A stretch of DNA of 64,000 nt from NCBI GenBank assembly GCA_041737595.1, contig JBGSRK010000010.1:96001-160000 (forward strand), written 5' to 3'. The notes under the pieces were generated by a model. It was not told where the DNA came from. It did not search any database and was given only the letters and a program-made list of their open reading frames with translations. Origin of the DNA: Patescibacteria group bacterium (GTDB lineage: Bacteria > Patescibacteriota > CPR2 > UBA1875). Shown piece after piece: positions 9,470 to 17,810 of the stretch. The position numbers and the translations under genes are program-made. How positions within the stretch are numbered: the first letter of the stretch is position 1; every line of letters begins with the position of its first letter.

Positions 9470-10507
9470 CTAATCCAGAGATATATCTATCATTCCAAAC
9501 TTTTGAGATAATGGATGATTTCGGTCTTCAAGTAAGTTTGTCGTCCAGGTCCTATATCTAGAAACGAATTTCCCTTCTGAATACTCAGAAATCCTCGAAA
9601 TTCTGATACCACAATTAAACTCCATGGTTATTAGGGTATCTGGAGGACCATTTTTATCGAGAAGGTACTCTCTTATTTCTTCAGCAGTAAGTGTTGTTAT
9701 CCCCGCTTCATGCAATTCTGCAAGAAACTAGTCTAATGTCTTTGGTTGTTTCTTTCCATGTTCCTTTAATTCAACACTATTTTCTATAACAAGCCCTTTT
9801 TCTTTTCTCTCCTCAGGTGTCATTTCTTCATAATATTTCCAGAGCGTAGGAGCATATTTTTTTAATGCAACCATTCCCTCGTTTAACATAGAATATGCAT
9901 TATGCTCGTCCATCCATCCCTGCCCTAAAATTTGTTTAATGATTTTATCCATATTTGCACCTGTTCCAACAAAATCTTCAGCAGTCCGCGCCATTAATTC
10001 ACTGGGTGACTGTGATTTTTTAATTGAATTTTCAAGTACCCGTAAGCCTTTTACTAACTTATCCTGTATCTCTTCTTTACCAGAACTTTGCATTTGATCT
10101 ATTAACATTCTTGGTAGAGAAAATCCTGGAAGTGCGTTTATCGGTGCCATAGTTTCAGTATAATTATCAGGGACTGATTGAATTTCAAATTTACCAGCAG
10201 GTTCATCGTCCATCCTGTCAGCAGCTTTCTTAAATTCTTGATAAAGTTCTGGATTGTAATGTTCAATTTCACGGCTAATATAGCCATACCAAAAGTTAAC
10301 TTCTCCATAACGATTTATCATTTTTTCAGGACCACGACCCCCCTCTTCTGTTGGAGCGATAAGTTCCTCTACCACTGGACAACCTGCTCTCTGTCCTAAA
10401 AATCTTGCTTGGTCTTCCAGCGACATTTCAAAAAATGCAGGGTCGTTTATGTCTTCGACAAATTTCCCAGTTCCAAATGTTTCTTCTGATGGTCTTGATA
10501 ATTCCAT
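9470..10507 (-). pseudogene. Hypothetical gene interrupted by one in-frame TAG (joins ORFs 9728-10525 and 9470-9715)
   Basis: ...ACA TTA GAC TAG TTT CTT GCA GAA TTG CAT GAA GCG: frame continues straight into the downstream ORF. Confidence 0.55.
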
Positions 10508-10642
10508 AATAAAATAATACCACACTTATGTTCAACAGTTCCATCATCCGATTTGGGGTATATAAAAAAAGGCTTAATAAAGCCGAATTTATTTTGGCTC
10601 AGCACTCCGCTCAAGAACCCTAGGGCAGTTTTAAGTACGAAA

Positions 10643-10819
10643 TGGCACAATTTGGCACAGTAATTAGACTGGATGTCTCACTTTTCGACGAATTAAGCAC
10701 AAAATGAGACAAATGAGACAGTTATTAAGTGTATTTATGTCAGTGTCTCAAAATCATGTGCTTAATTAATGAGACTGAGACAAATGAGACACTATAAAGA
10801 GAGATGTACCAGTGTCTCA
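10643..10819. repeat. Cluster of TGAGAC/GTCTCA hexamers (iteron- or binding-site-like)
   Basis: Eight copies at 10675, 10705, 10714, 10745, 10770, 10776, 10785, 10814; two TGGCAC; 11-bp inverted repeat AATTAAGCACA/TGTGCTTAATT. Confidence 0.75.
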
Positions 10820-10827
10820 AGCAAGTA

Positions 10828-11943
10828 TTATTTGAATCTTCCCGAGATCTCTTCAACACATTTGCTAAATAGGCTACCGTTTATAGAAGGTTTACCGTCT
10901 TTATCTTTCCTGATAGCACAGCAGTGCAGTAGCGCTTGGACTGCTTGATCGTTTGAGACATCTTCGCCTTTCGAAATCTTTACTAGCGTGCGCACCTCTT
11001 CTTCTGTAAACATTTCAATAAGCCTTTGGTGATAAATGTTATAAATTAGATTCATCAGTCCAGCAGACTCGAGATTAGCTTCTATCTTCTTAGAATCAAT
11101 GTCGCTTCCCGTAAATGTTTTCCGAGGGTTAAATAGTGGAGCTGATTTATCGTAGAAAGTTTTTACTAGAGTCACGGTTTCGGCTGGCCAACCTCCAGTA
11201 AGAGCAATAATCTTATCAATTGCCGCCTCGTCAAATGTAACCCCATGTTTTGCGAAGTGCCTATCCAGAAGCTCGGATATTTCGTCAAGTTCTAGCGGCC
11301 TTACGAATACTTTCTCGATATCAGCCATTTCGGCCGAACCTAGAGCATTAAGTGTAACCGTATTTCTGTGTGTCTGACATAGGAATTTTAAAGCCTTTTT
11401 TCCTTTAAGTTTTGCTAGCAACTCTGCAATCCTTAGCGTTTCATCTTGTCCGTAGTCACGGATAGCCATTAACTCGTCGACAGTAATAAGAAGGGTTCGA
11501 CCATTGGACTCTAGATATTCGTCAAGTTCTGTTAAACTTTTGAAATCTGAGTTTAATTCAGTATTTATATGATTTAACATGTATTCAAAAACAGCATCGG
11601 CGCCCTCATTTCCCCTCTGGGCTACAGAGAAATCTCTTAAATCAATGTCGACACCGTTTTCAGCAAAGTAACGCTCTTTAACTTGTGCCTGAAGATAAGA
11701 TGCGCCTTGCCTTTTCATGCTCTCTATTAGTACGAGACTTGCTCGAGAAAAAGCATCGTATATATCTTCTTGTTGATCTACTCTACTCTCAAGCTCTACC
11801 CGTCCACGCTTAGCCATTGTCTCTACACCGCCGGTCTCGAACTCGATGTCTCTGAGTAATGATTTATCCGAAATTAAATCACTATTCTGATTGGTTTTTG
11901 GGTCAGAATAATCGCCTGGTGCCCCTACCCTTATTTCATTCAT
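10828..11943 (-). CDS. STAND/AAA-like P-loop protein with degenerate Walker A
   Basis: 'GR.EL', Walker B 'LLITVDEL', 'LTGGWP' GxP motif; the Walker A position reads 'ESMKRQGASYL'. Confidence 0.55.
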   Translation of the reverse strand: MNEIRVGAPGDYSDPKTNQNSDLISDKSLLRDIEFETGGVETMAKRGRVELESRVDQQEDIYDAFSRASLVLIESMKRQGASYLQAQVKERYFAENGVDIDLRDFSVAQRGNEGADAVFEYMLNHINTELNSDFKSLTELDEYLESNGRTLLITVDELMAIRDYGQDETLRIAELLAKLKGKKALKFLCQTHRNTVTLNALGSAEMADIEKVFVRPLELDEISELLDRHFAKHGVTFDEAAIDKIIALTGGWPAETVTLVKTFYDKSAPLFNPRKTFTGSDIDSKKIEANLESAGLMNLIYNIYHQRLIEMFTEEEVRTLVKISKGEDVSNDQAVQALLHCCAIRKDKDGKPSINGSLFSKCVEEISGRFK

Positions 11944-11965
11944 ATATTTTCCTTATATACTTTCA

Positions 11966-12778
11966 CTATACATTATACCCGAAAAAGTTTGCGCTCTCAT
12001 ATCGGCGAAGGGCTCTCTTAAGTACAAGCTTTGATAATAACCACCAAGCAATGGCGACCAAATAGGCAATTATTATTGTGTACCAAGAAAATTTGGTAAA
12101 TATTTCCACCGGGAAGCCACCTAATAGCATGGCAGGGATTACAAAAATGTATATGTATCTCATCGTACCCTCAAGCAAACCAATTGGTTGGATCGAAGGT
12201 GTAATAATTAAGTCAAAGAAGGCGTTGCCTAACCCTTCAATCTGTGGGAACCAAAACACAATGCATCCAGTCACAATTCCAAAGGAAACCTCAGCGAGAA
12301 TCGCGGTGGGCAGGATAAGTGCTAAAAGCAGGACCTGTTGTATGCTCGGTTGCATAATAATTAAGAAAATAATTATACCGATAAATCCCTGTATCAAGTC
12401 GCCCAGAGATGACACGGAAAATCTTTGGTTAAGTATTCTCACATAAAGACTTTTGGGCTTAGTTAATAGGCTGTCAAAGGAACCGCTGATTACATTATCA
12501 TCGAGTCCATTCATGCTCCCAAACAGAGCATGGCTTACCCCGTATGTGAAAATTGAAATACTCAAAAGCCCGAAGACCTCTTTTACACCCCAGCCATTTG
12601 TAGTTCCGATAGCCTTTATAAAGAATAACCAAATAATAAAGAAGGCAATATTGTTTAAAAACATCCCCAGTACTTGCAATCCAAAGCTCATTCTGAGCGC
12701 TCTTTGGTTTTTGAGGTTCTTGCCCAGTTGATATAAATAGAAATTCAGTTCTTTTTTGAAATTACTCATACTAACCAC
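11966..12778 (-). CDS. ABC-2 family transporter permease (DUF990-like)
   Basis: Multi-TM; 'GW', 'G.FD.LLTKP', 'RYESA'. Confidence 0.85.
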   Translation of the reverse strand: MVSMSNFKKELNFYLYQLGKNLKNQRALRMSFGLQVLGMFLNNIAFFIIWLFFIKAIGTTNGWGVKEVFGLLSISIFTYGVSHALFGSMNGLDDNVISGSFDSLLTKPKSLYVRILNQRFSVSSLGDLIQGFIGIIIFLIIMQPSIQQVLLLALILPTAILAEVSFGIVTGCIVFWFPQIEGLGNAFFDLIITPSIQPIGLLEGTMRYIYIFVIPAMLLGGFPVEIFTKFSWYTIIIAYLVAIAWWLLSKLVLKRALRRYESANFFGYNV

Positions 12779-13574
12779 CGTTAACTGTTAATTTAGTGCT
12801 AGCAGATATATATGCCCTGTAGACAACAAACAGCAAGACTAACGCCCAAATAATTTGGGTGATCAGGAACCTTGGGAAATTGGTTAAAAAATCAGGATAG
12901 AAAAGCTGAGTCACATAAATAGCAGCACCCGTTGGTAGCAATTCACCTACGAGTCGGAAAGTTTGAGGGAAAAATCCAATTGGTATATATGCGCCACCAA
13001 AGATCATGATTAATTTATCTAAAATCAGATAAGCTGGCTGGGCATCTATCAGCCAAATAGCACTAATTCCGACTAATGCGTATAGCAAAGTTGCGATTAA
13101 TAACCCCAGCAGTAACAACACGAAACCCGCACCAATTCTTAATGGCATTTGCCCAACCTGCGGGAACTGACCACTTAAGACCCAAAAGGCTGTGGCCGCA
13201 AGGATCAAACCAAGTACTACAGGTATACTCTTGCCAAAGACCTCGGCGATTTTTAACTGTATATAGTTTATTGGTTTGTTTATCCATATTTCGATACCAC
13301 CAGTTTTAAATTCACGGTTAATAATTGGGAATAAACTTCGATAACCACTCCCGGCATAAATTGCATAAATAATCATCCCCCCGGCAGCTACCTGAAAATC
13401 AATACCGTTTACGGCGTCCCCATTTCGTAGACGATAAATAAAATAGTATAACAGAATAGTCATGCCCATTCGGATTGACCAAGACATGACGCTTACTGAT
13501 GCCGCTTTTTTGTGATACCAGGCCTGACGCACATTCATGTGAAAGATGGCGATGAAATTATTCAGGTTTTTCAT
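12771..13574 (-). CDS. ABC-2 family transporter permease (DUF990-like)
   Basis: Multi-TM; 'G.I...INKPINY', 'GGAYIP..FFP', ends 'VNGG'. Confidence 0.85.
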   Translation of the reverse strand: MKNLNNFIAIFHMNVRQAWYHKKAASVSVMSWSIRMGMTILLYYFIYRLRNGDAVNGIDFQVAAGGMIIYAIYAGSGYRSLFPIINREFKTGGIEIWINKPINYIQLKIAEVFGKSIPVVLGLILAATAFWVLSGQFPQVGQMPLRIGAGFVLLLLGLLIATLLYALVGISAIWLIDAQPAYLILDKLIMIFGGAYIPIGFFPQTFRLVGELLPTGAAIYVTQLFYPDFLTNFPRFLITQIIWALVLLFVVYRAYISASTKLTVNGG

Positions 13575-14553
13575 GCTTTTTCTCAGTAGACTTGTATATC
13601 TCGATAATAACTTCTTCTAGAGTTTCGTCTTGAATTTGAATGTCTTTAACCTTTCCTAGACCCAGAAGAGCCCGCAGGACATCATTAATATCATGGTTAT
13701 TCATCTCCACAACAGCATTTACCACTGACCCCTTGGTGGTTATCTTTACCCCGGGTACTATTACCTTTTGAGGAAGCTCTTCAAACTCAATCTTTAGATA
13801 CCTTTTGTTAAGGTATTTGGTTCTTAACTCGTTTGTTTTTGAATCAACAATAATCTGCCCCTTATCAATAACAACCGTCCTCTCCGCAAGAGCCTCAATG
13901 TCGCCTGTATCGTGTGACGTTAGGAAAATCGTAGTGTTTTGGGTTTTATTAAGATTGATTAAGGTTTTTCGGAGCATTCTTTTAGCAACAACATCTAGAC
14001 CTATCGTTGGTTCATCCAAGAAAACAATCGTGGGCTTATGAATTAAGCTTGCTGCTATTTCACCCCTCATTCTTTGTCCCAAGGAGAGCTGTCGGACGGG
14101 TTGGTCTATAATATTATCTAGCGAGAAAATATCTGACAATTCTCGGATTCTCTGTTCAATAACCTTACTTGGAATGTCATACATCTTACCAAACAGTTCA
14201 AAGCTGTCTCTGAGCGGCAGGTTTGGTAGAAGTTGAGAACGCTGACCAAATACGCAACCGATTTTATAGCTGAGTTGTCTTCTCTGTTTTATCGGATCTA
14301 ATCCACAAACCTTTATTTTCCCTTCAGTTGGTGAAAGAATTCCAGAGAGCATCTTTATAGTTGTTGATTTTCCCGCTCCGTTGGGACCAACAAATGCGAC
14401 CATTTCACCTGCCATGATCTCTAAATCTAGGTTTTTGACTGCTTCAACGTTAATATATTCGGGTCTGAACCAGTTTTTAAAGCCAGCTGTTCTTTTTTGA
14501 TAAGAAAAGTTCTTTGACAAATTATCTATTTCTACAATTACTCTCTCACTCAT
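13558..14553 (-). CDS. ABC transporter ATP-binding protein
   Basis: Walker A GPNGAGKST, 'VFGQRSQL', 'LSLGQRMR', 'FLDEPTIGLD'. Confidence 0.95.
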   Translation of the reverse strand: MSERVIVEIDNLSKNFSYQKRTAGFKNWFRPEYINVEAVKNLDLEIMAGEMVAFVGPNGAGKSTTIKMLSGILSPTEGKIKVCGLDPIKQRRQLSYKIGCVFGQRSQLLPNLPLRDSFELFGKMYDIPSKVIEQRIRELSDIFSLDNIIDQPVRQLSLGQRMRGEIAASLIHKPTIVFLDEPTIGLDVVAKRMLRKTLINLNKTQNTTIFLTSHDTGDIEALAERTVVIDKGQIIVDSKTNELRTKYLNKRYLKIEFEELPQKVIVPGVKITTKGSVVNAVVEMNNHDINDVLRALLGLGKVKDIQIQDETLEEVIIEIYKSTEKKHEKPE

Positions 14554-14654
14554 ATTTTCCTATCTTTTTAAGTAGCTTAATGATAACAATTTTTTAGGTT
14601 CAGGTAAAGCCATTTTCTACTTACATTCCTCTCAATTCAGCGATACCATCGTCC

Positions 14655-15932
14655 TTGATGAAGAATATAACTGACAAAACGGAGTTGAAGTACTGTCTTT
14701 ACGCTCGAAAATCATCTGAATCTGACGAAAGACAGGCGATGTCAATTGATTCTCAAATCAAAGAAATGTCCGATTTGGCTAATAAAGAAGGCATTAAGAT
14801 TGTTAAGGTGGTCCAGGAGAGCTATTCTGCCAAACAATCAGGCCAAAGGCCAGTGTTCATGCAGTTGCTCTCTGATATTAGGTCGGGAGTTGTTAATGGG
14901 TTACTCACCTGGGCACCAGATAGGCTTTCGAGAAACGCTGGAGACTTGGGGTCACTCGTAGATTTAATGGATGATAAAAAACTAGTCCAGATTCGAACCT
15001 ATTCCCAAAGTTTTACCAATACGCCGAGTGAAAAGTTTATGCTGATGATCCTATGTTCTCAGGCCAAGCTGGAGAATGATAATAAGGGCGAAAATGTCAA
15101 AAGAGGCATCCGAGCCAAATGTGAAATGGGTTGGCGACCATGTATGCCGCCGATTGGTTATTACAACCGGGCTATGGCTGGTATCAAAGACGTGGTAGTT
15201 GATCCCGATCGGGGTCCATTTATATCCGAGATGTTCGAACATGCGGCTAAAGGTGAAAGCGGTCGCACGATTAAGGTCTGGCTAGACGGAATTGGAGCAA
15301 CTAGCCGAAAGGGCAAACCAATAACCTTGAGCTTGGTATATCTAATGCTCAAAAATCCGTTCTATTATGGAACTTTCGAGTATCCCATCGGTAGTGGCGC
15401 TTGGTACAAAGGTTCACATGAACCTTTGATAACCAAAGAATTGTTTGATAAGGCACAAAAACAACTAAATTGTACCCAAAAAGCCAAATGGGGATCAAAA
15501 GAATTCCCGTTTCGAAGATTCCTAACCTGTTACTCTTGCGGTTCCACTATAGTTGGTGAAGAAAAGTTCAAAACTCTCAAAAATGGCAAAAAGAACCGAC
15601 ATATTTATTATCACTGCTCACGACAGGTTGATAACAATTGCAAAGAAATGTATCTATCAGAAACACAGCTAGTTGAAGCACTGCTGCTCATCTCTGACAA
15701 GCTTACAATCGATAAAGTTTCTGTGGAGCCAGGGCTAACCAAAGCTATTCAAAAGTTTCGCTCGATGCTAGAAACCGTGAATCCCAAAAAGAAATATACC
15801 AAAAATGAAATTATCAGAACCTATACAAAATACGTATTAGAAAAAGGGACAGATTTCGAGAAAACCCAGTTGGCCAGAAACCTTAACATCAAACTGGCTG
15901 TTCACAATCGAGAAATAGTAGTTACAGGATAA
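14655..15932 (+). CDS. Large serine recombinase (resolvase + recombinase + Zn ribbon)
   Basis: 'YARKSS' catalytic Ser, 'SAK..G.RP.F', 'DRLSRN', 'NPFY.G', 'H.PLIT.ELF', C..CG and Y.C zinc ribbon. Confidence 0.92.
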   Translation: MMKNITDKTELKYCLYARKSSESDERQAMSIDSQIKEMSDLANKEGIKIVKVVQESYSAKQSGQRPVFMQLLSDIRSGVVNGLLTWAPDRLSRNAGDLGSLVDLMDDKKLVQIRTYSQSFTNTPSEKFMLMILCSQAKLENDNKGENVKRGIRAKCEMGWRPCMPPIGYYNRAMAGIKDVVVDPDRGPFISEMFEHAAKGESGRTIKVWLDGIGATSRKGKPITLSLVYLMLKNPFYYGTFEYPIGSGAWYKGSHEPLITKELFDKAQKQLNCTQKAKWGSKEFPFRRFLTCYSCGSTIVGEEKFKTLKNGKKNRHIYYHCSRQVDNNCKEMYLSETQLVEALLLISDKLTIDKVSVEPGLTKAIQKFRSMLETVNPKKKYTKNEIIRTYTKYVLEKGTDFEKTQLARNLNIKLAVHNREIVVTG

Positions 15933-15937
15933 AGCAT

Positions 15938-16729
15938 CTATTTTTTGCCAAGTGCGTTTAAGAGTTTTGAAACTCCTTCTTCGGATTTCTCAGCGTTATG
16001 AGAATGGTTTAAACAGAGCTGGGTGGCTATCCTCGATAGATCCCCCGTTGGAATTAGGGCAAAAATAGTTGGGACATCCTTTTCGTGATAAAGCCCAATC
16101 CACTGCCTGACGTCTGAATCAAATTCAAAAACTATACATTCGTCGAGCGTATCATGCGCGGTAACCTCATCTTCATACTTGGTTAGTTCGAAAGTGTCTA
16201 TAATATTAGCCAATCTAACATTCAACATTTCACAAAATATTTCGGCTACGTCCAGCGCATCTTCAGCATCACTCTTTGTAACTTTTACGTAATCATGCTC
16301 AACTTTATTTCTTATTTTGTTATATTTTGATAATATCTTGGGAGCAACAAACCCTATATCTTTCAGAATTTCAAGCTTGAGGCTGAACCCCTTTTTGTCT
16401 GGATATTTCTGCTCATCAGCCTTATCTATATTAAGACTGAAGGTTTTAAAAACCAAATCGACAGAACAATGGATTGCCCTTTTTGAATTTGAAACCGAAT
16501 TAACAAGGCCTCGCAGAGTTGCTTCTGCTAAATCCTTTTTTGCAAATTTAATGTACACTTCCGGAGAACAATCGAAAGAATACGGCTCAACGTAACTGCC
16601 ACCATCGCAAATGGCAGTGACAGTAGGCCAGCTCTTAATATCCGCCGTCTTGAACAACTCTAAAATATCAACTTCTTTAAAGCGATCTGGATTTTCTCTT
16701 TGCACAGACTTAATAATTTCTAAATTCAT
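15938..16729 (-). CDS. Putative HEPN-domain protein
   Basis: Helical protein with 'RNKVEH' (Rx4H) and upstream 'KRAIH..VD'. Confidence 0.55.
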   Translation of the reverse strand: MNLEIIKSVQRENPDRFKEVDILELFKTADIKSWPTVTAICDGGSYVEPYSFDCSPEVYIKFAKKDLAEATLRGLVNSVSNSKRAIHCSVDLVFKTFSLNIDKADEQKYPDKKGFSLKLEILKDIGFVAPKILSKYNKIRNKVEHDYVKVTKSDAEDALDVAEIFCEMLNVRLANIIDTFELTKYEDEVTAHDTLDECIVFEFDSDVRQWIGLYHEKDVPTIFALIPTGDLSRIATQLCLNHSHNAEKSEEGVSKLLNALGKK

Positions 16730-16741
16730 CTTTTCCTAACA

Positions 16742-16772
16742 AAATTAGCAAACCGATTTGGCTTGCTAATTT
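16742..16772 (-). terminator. Hairpin downstream of tRNA-Asn
   Basis: AAATTAGCAA ... TTGCTAATTT inverted repeat. Confidence 0.5.
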
Positions 16773-16889
16773 CTTAGTAGTTCAAACCAGCTACTCTGGT
16801 TTTATTTCAATGCCCTAGATACACTACGGACACCTTTGGTGCTCAACTTGGCTCCCGGGGTCGGATTCGAACCGACGACCAATTGATTA

Positions 16890-17390
16890 CACTTATCCTA
16901 CTATTACTAATAGGCGTGGACTATCTCATCACCATACCTTTCGGGTTAGGTGTTGGGCGCTAAATGGTGTACTCACCTAGTCTCTGAACCTTTCCGATAT
17001 GCCGGACTTGGCTGCGGATTATCCCTTTTAGGACTTCCCGCAATTCACCCAATTTTCATTCATTCATTTCTGAATGAAGCTGCGAATGGATTTCTCTGTG
17101 GCAATTTGCACAAACTAGTATGCACTTTTCAATTTCTTTTTTCACCTTTTCCCAAGATCTTGTATTACCTGTTTCAGAAATACCAAAATTTTTATCTTGT
17201 TTATGGTGAAACTCAAGTGCTTCAATACATTTTTTATAACCACATATACTACAACAACCGCCCATATAATCAACTGCTTTCTTTCTAACCATTCTTCGGT
17301 GTTTTGAAACTGCTTTGATTATATATTCTCGACGATCTGAGTAAGTTCTTTTTTCGCTCATGTATTAATTATAACATAAGCGTTGTGATC
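16890..17390 (-). ncRNA. Group I self-splicing intron (501 nt) at anticodon position 35/36
   Basis: Exon ends in U, intron ends in G; IGS GCAG (17083-17080) pairs with exon CUGU; P AAUUGCGGGAA, Q AAUCCGCAGC, R GUUCAGAGACUA, S GAGAUAGUCC; P2 with GAAA loop; P3 UUGGGUG/CGCCCAA; P9 hairpin. Confidence 0.93.
17056..17361 (-). CDS. Intron-encoded HNH endonuclease (putative homing endonuclease)
   Basis: 'CSICGY', 'LEFHH', 'CANCHREIH'; lies between the 5' splice site and the IGS; C-terminus overlaps IGS and P2. Confidence 0.88.
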   Translation of the reverse strand: MSEKRTYSDRREYIIKAVSKHRRMVRKKAVDYMGGCCSICGYKKCIEALEFHHKQDKNFGISETGNTRSWEKVKKEIEKCILVCANCHREIHSQLHSEMNE

Positions 17391-17414
17391 ACAGTCAACT
17401 GCTCTACCGCTGAG

Positions 17415-17666
17415 CTACCCGGGATTATTTAATTGTGTTTTGAGGAATTCTCTTCCTCGGTACGACTTGAGTTGTTTTTCTCGAGCCATTGCAGCCGATC
17501 TACTTGCCGATTCTTCATTGTAGAATAGCTCCCATTGCCCGACAATTTTACCCGTATAATGGATGTTTTTATTATTATGTTCTAGAATTATTCTAGCTAA
17601 ATTATTAGTTTGACCAATATATATCTTATCTGATAATTTATTGTATAAAGCATAAACATAATACAT
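17415..17666 (-). CDS. Small GIY-YIG nuclease family protein
   Basis: 'YYVYAL', 'IYIGQTNNL', 'EHN', 'A..REKQLKS'; stop codon lies inside the tRNA 5' end. Confidence 0.88.
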   Translation of the reverse strand: MYYVYALYNKLSDKIYIGQTNNLARIILEHNNKNIHYTGKIVGQWELFYNEESASRSAAMAREKQLKSYRGREFLKTQLNNPG

Positions 17667-17727
17667 ATTTTAATTGTATCACAGTAACTGTCCGCCGACT
17701 GGCGGACTACCCGGGATTATTTAATTG
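17415..17727. repeat. 21-bp direct repeat CTACCCGGGATTATTTAATTG (17415-17435, 17707-17727) plus degenerate tRNA exon1 copy (17681-17716)
   Basis: The two 21-mers are identical; similarity to exon1 and the intron start continues to ~17674. Confidence 0.9.
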
Positions 17728-17747
17728 GATTCTTAAGATACCGGAAA

Positions 17748-17776
17748 ATTATAACAAAAAATTGTCATATTTTCAA
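17748..17776 (-). promoter_or_regulatory. Sigma70-type promoter for the tRNA-Asn locus
   Basis: TTGAAA-N17-TATAAT with extended TG, upstream of the pseudo-exon. Confidence 0.6.
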
Positions 17777-17810
17777 GAATCGATTTATAATATTAAAAAA
17801 GGAGTATTAA

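Larger units (their letters stand above)
9470..16848. mobile_element. Putative tRNA-Asn-adjacent genomic island (left boundary not defined)
   Basis: Serine recombinase ~0.9 kb from the tRNA 3' end; visibly GC-richer cargo; repeat cluster; no att duplication found. Confidence 0.4.
16849..17424 (-). tRNA. tRNA-Asn(GUU) split by a group I intron; exon1 17424-17391, exon2 16889-16849
   Basis: Joined exons TCCCGGGTAGCTCAGCGGTAGAGCAGTTGACTGT|TAATCAATTGGTCGTCGGTTCGAATCCGACCCCGGGAGCCA give a full cloverleaf with loop CT-GTT-AA and encoded CCA. Confidence 0.95.

Noticed and set aside
9728-9730. Genome-wide stop-codon reassignment (code 25 or amber recoding)
   Set aside because: Conserved genes are uninterrupted, and TGA and TAG end genes normally (pilO and rfbD-adjacent loci, ruvC with TAG); this is an isolated case.
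10447-10650. 67-aa minus-strand ORF
   Set aside because: TTG start without SD; overlaps the promoter and start of the next gene; no motif.
7342-16860. attL/attR duplication of the tRNA-Asn 3' end bounding the island
   Set aside because: No second copy of TGGCTCCCGGGG was seen by eye in the intergenic gaps, so island limits are left undefined.
16950-17288. 112-aa plus-strand ORF
   Set aside because: Antisense shadow of the intron core and HNH gene; no protein-like motifs.
17681-17716. Second functional tRNA-Asn 5' exon
   Set aside because: D-loop GG context replaced and one base missing from the anticodon stem, so it pairs poorly with exon2; treated as a pseudo-exon.
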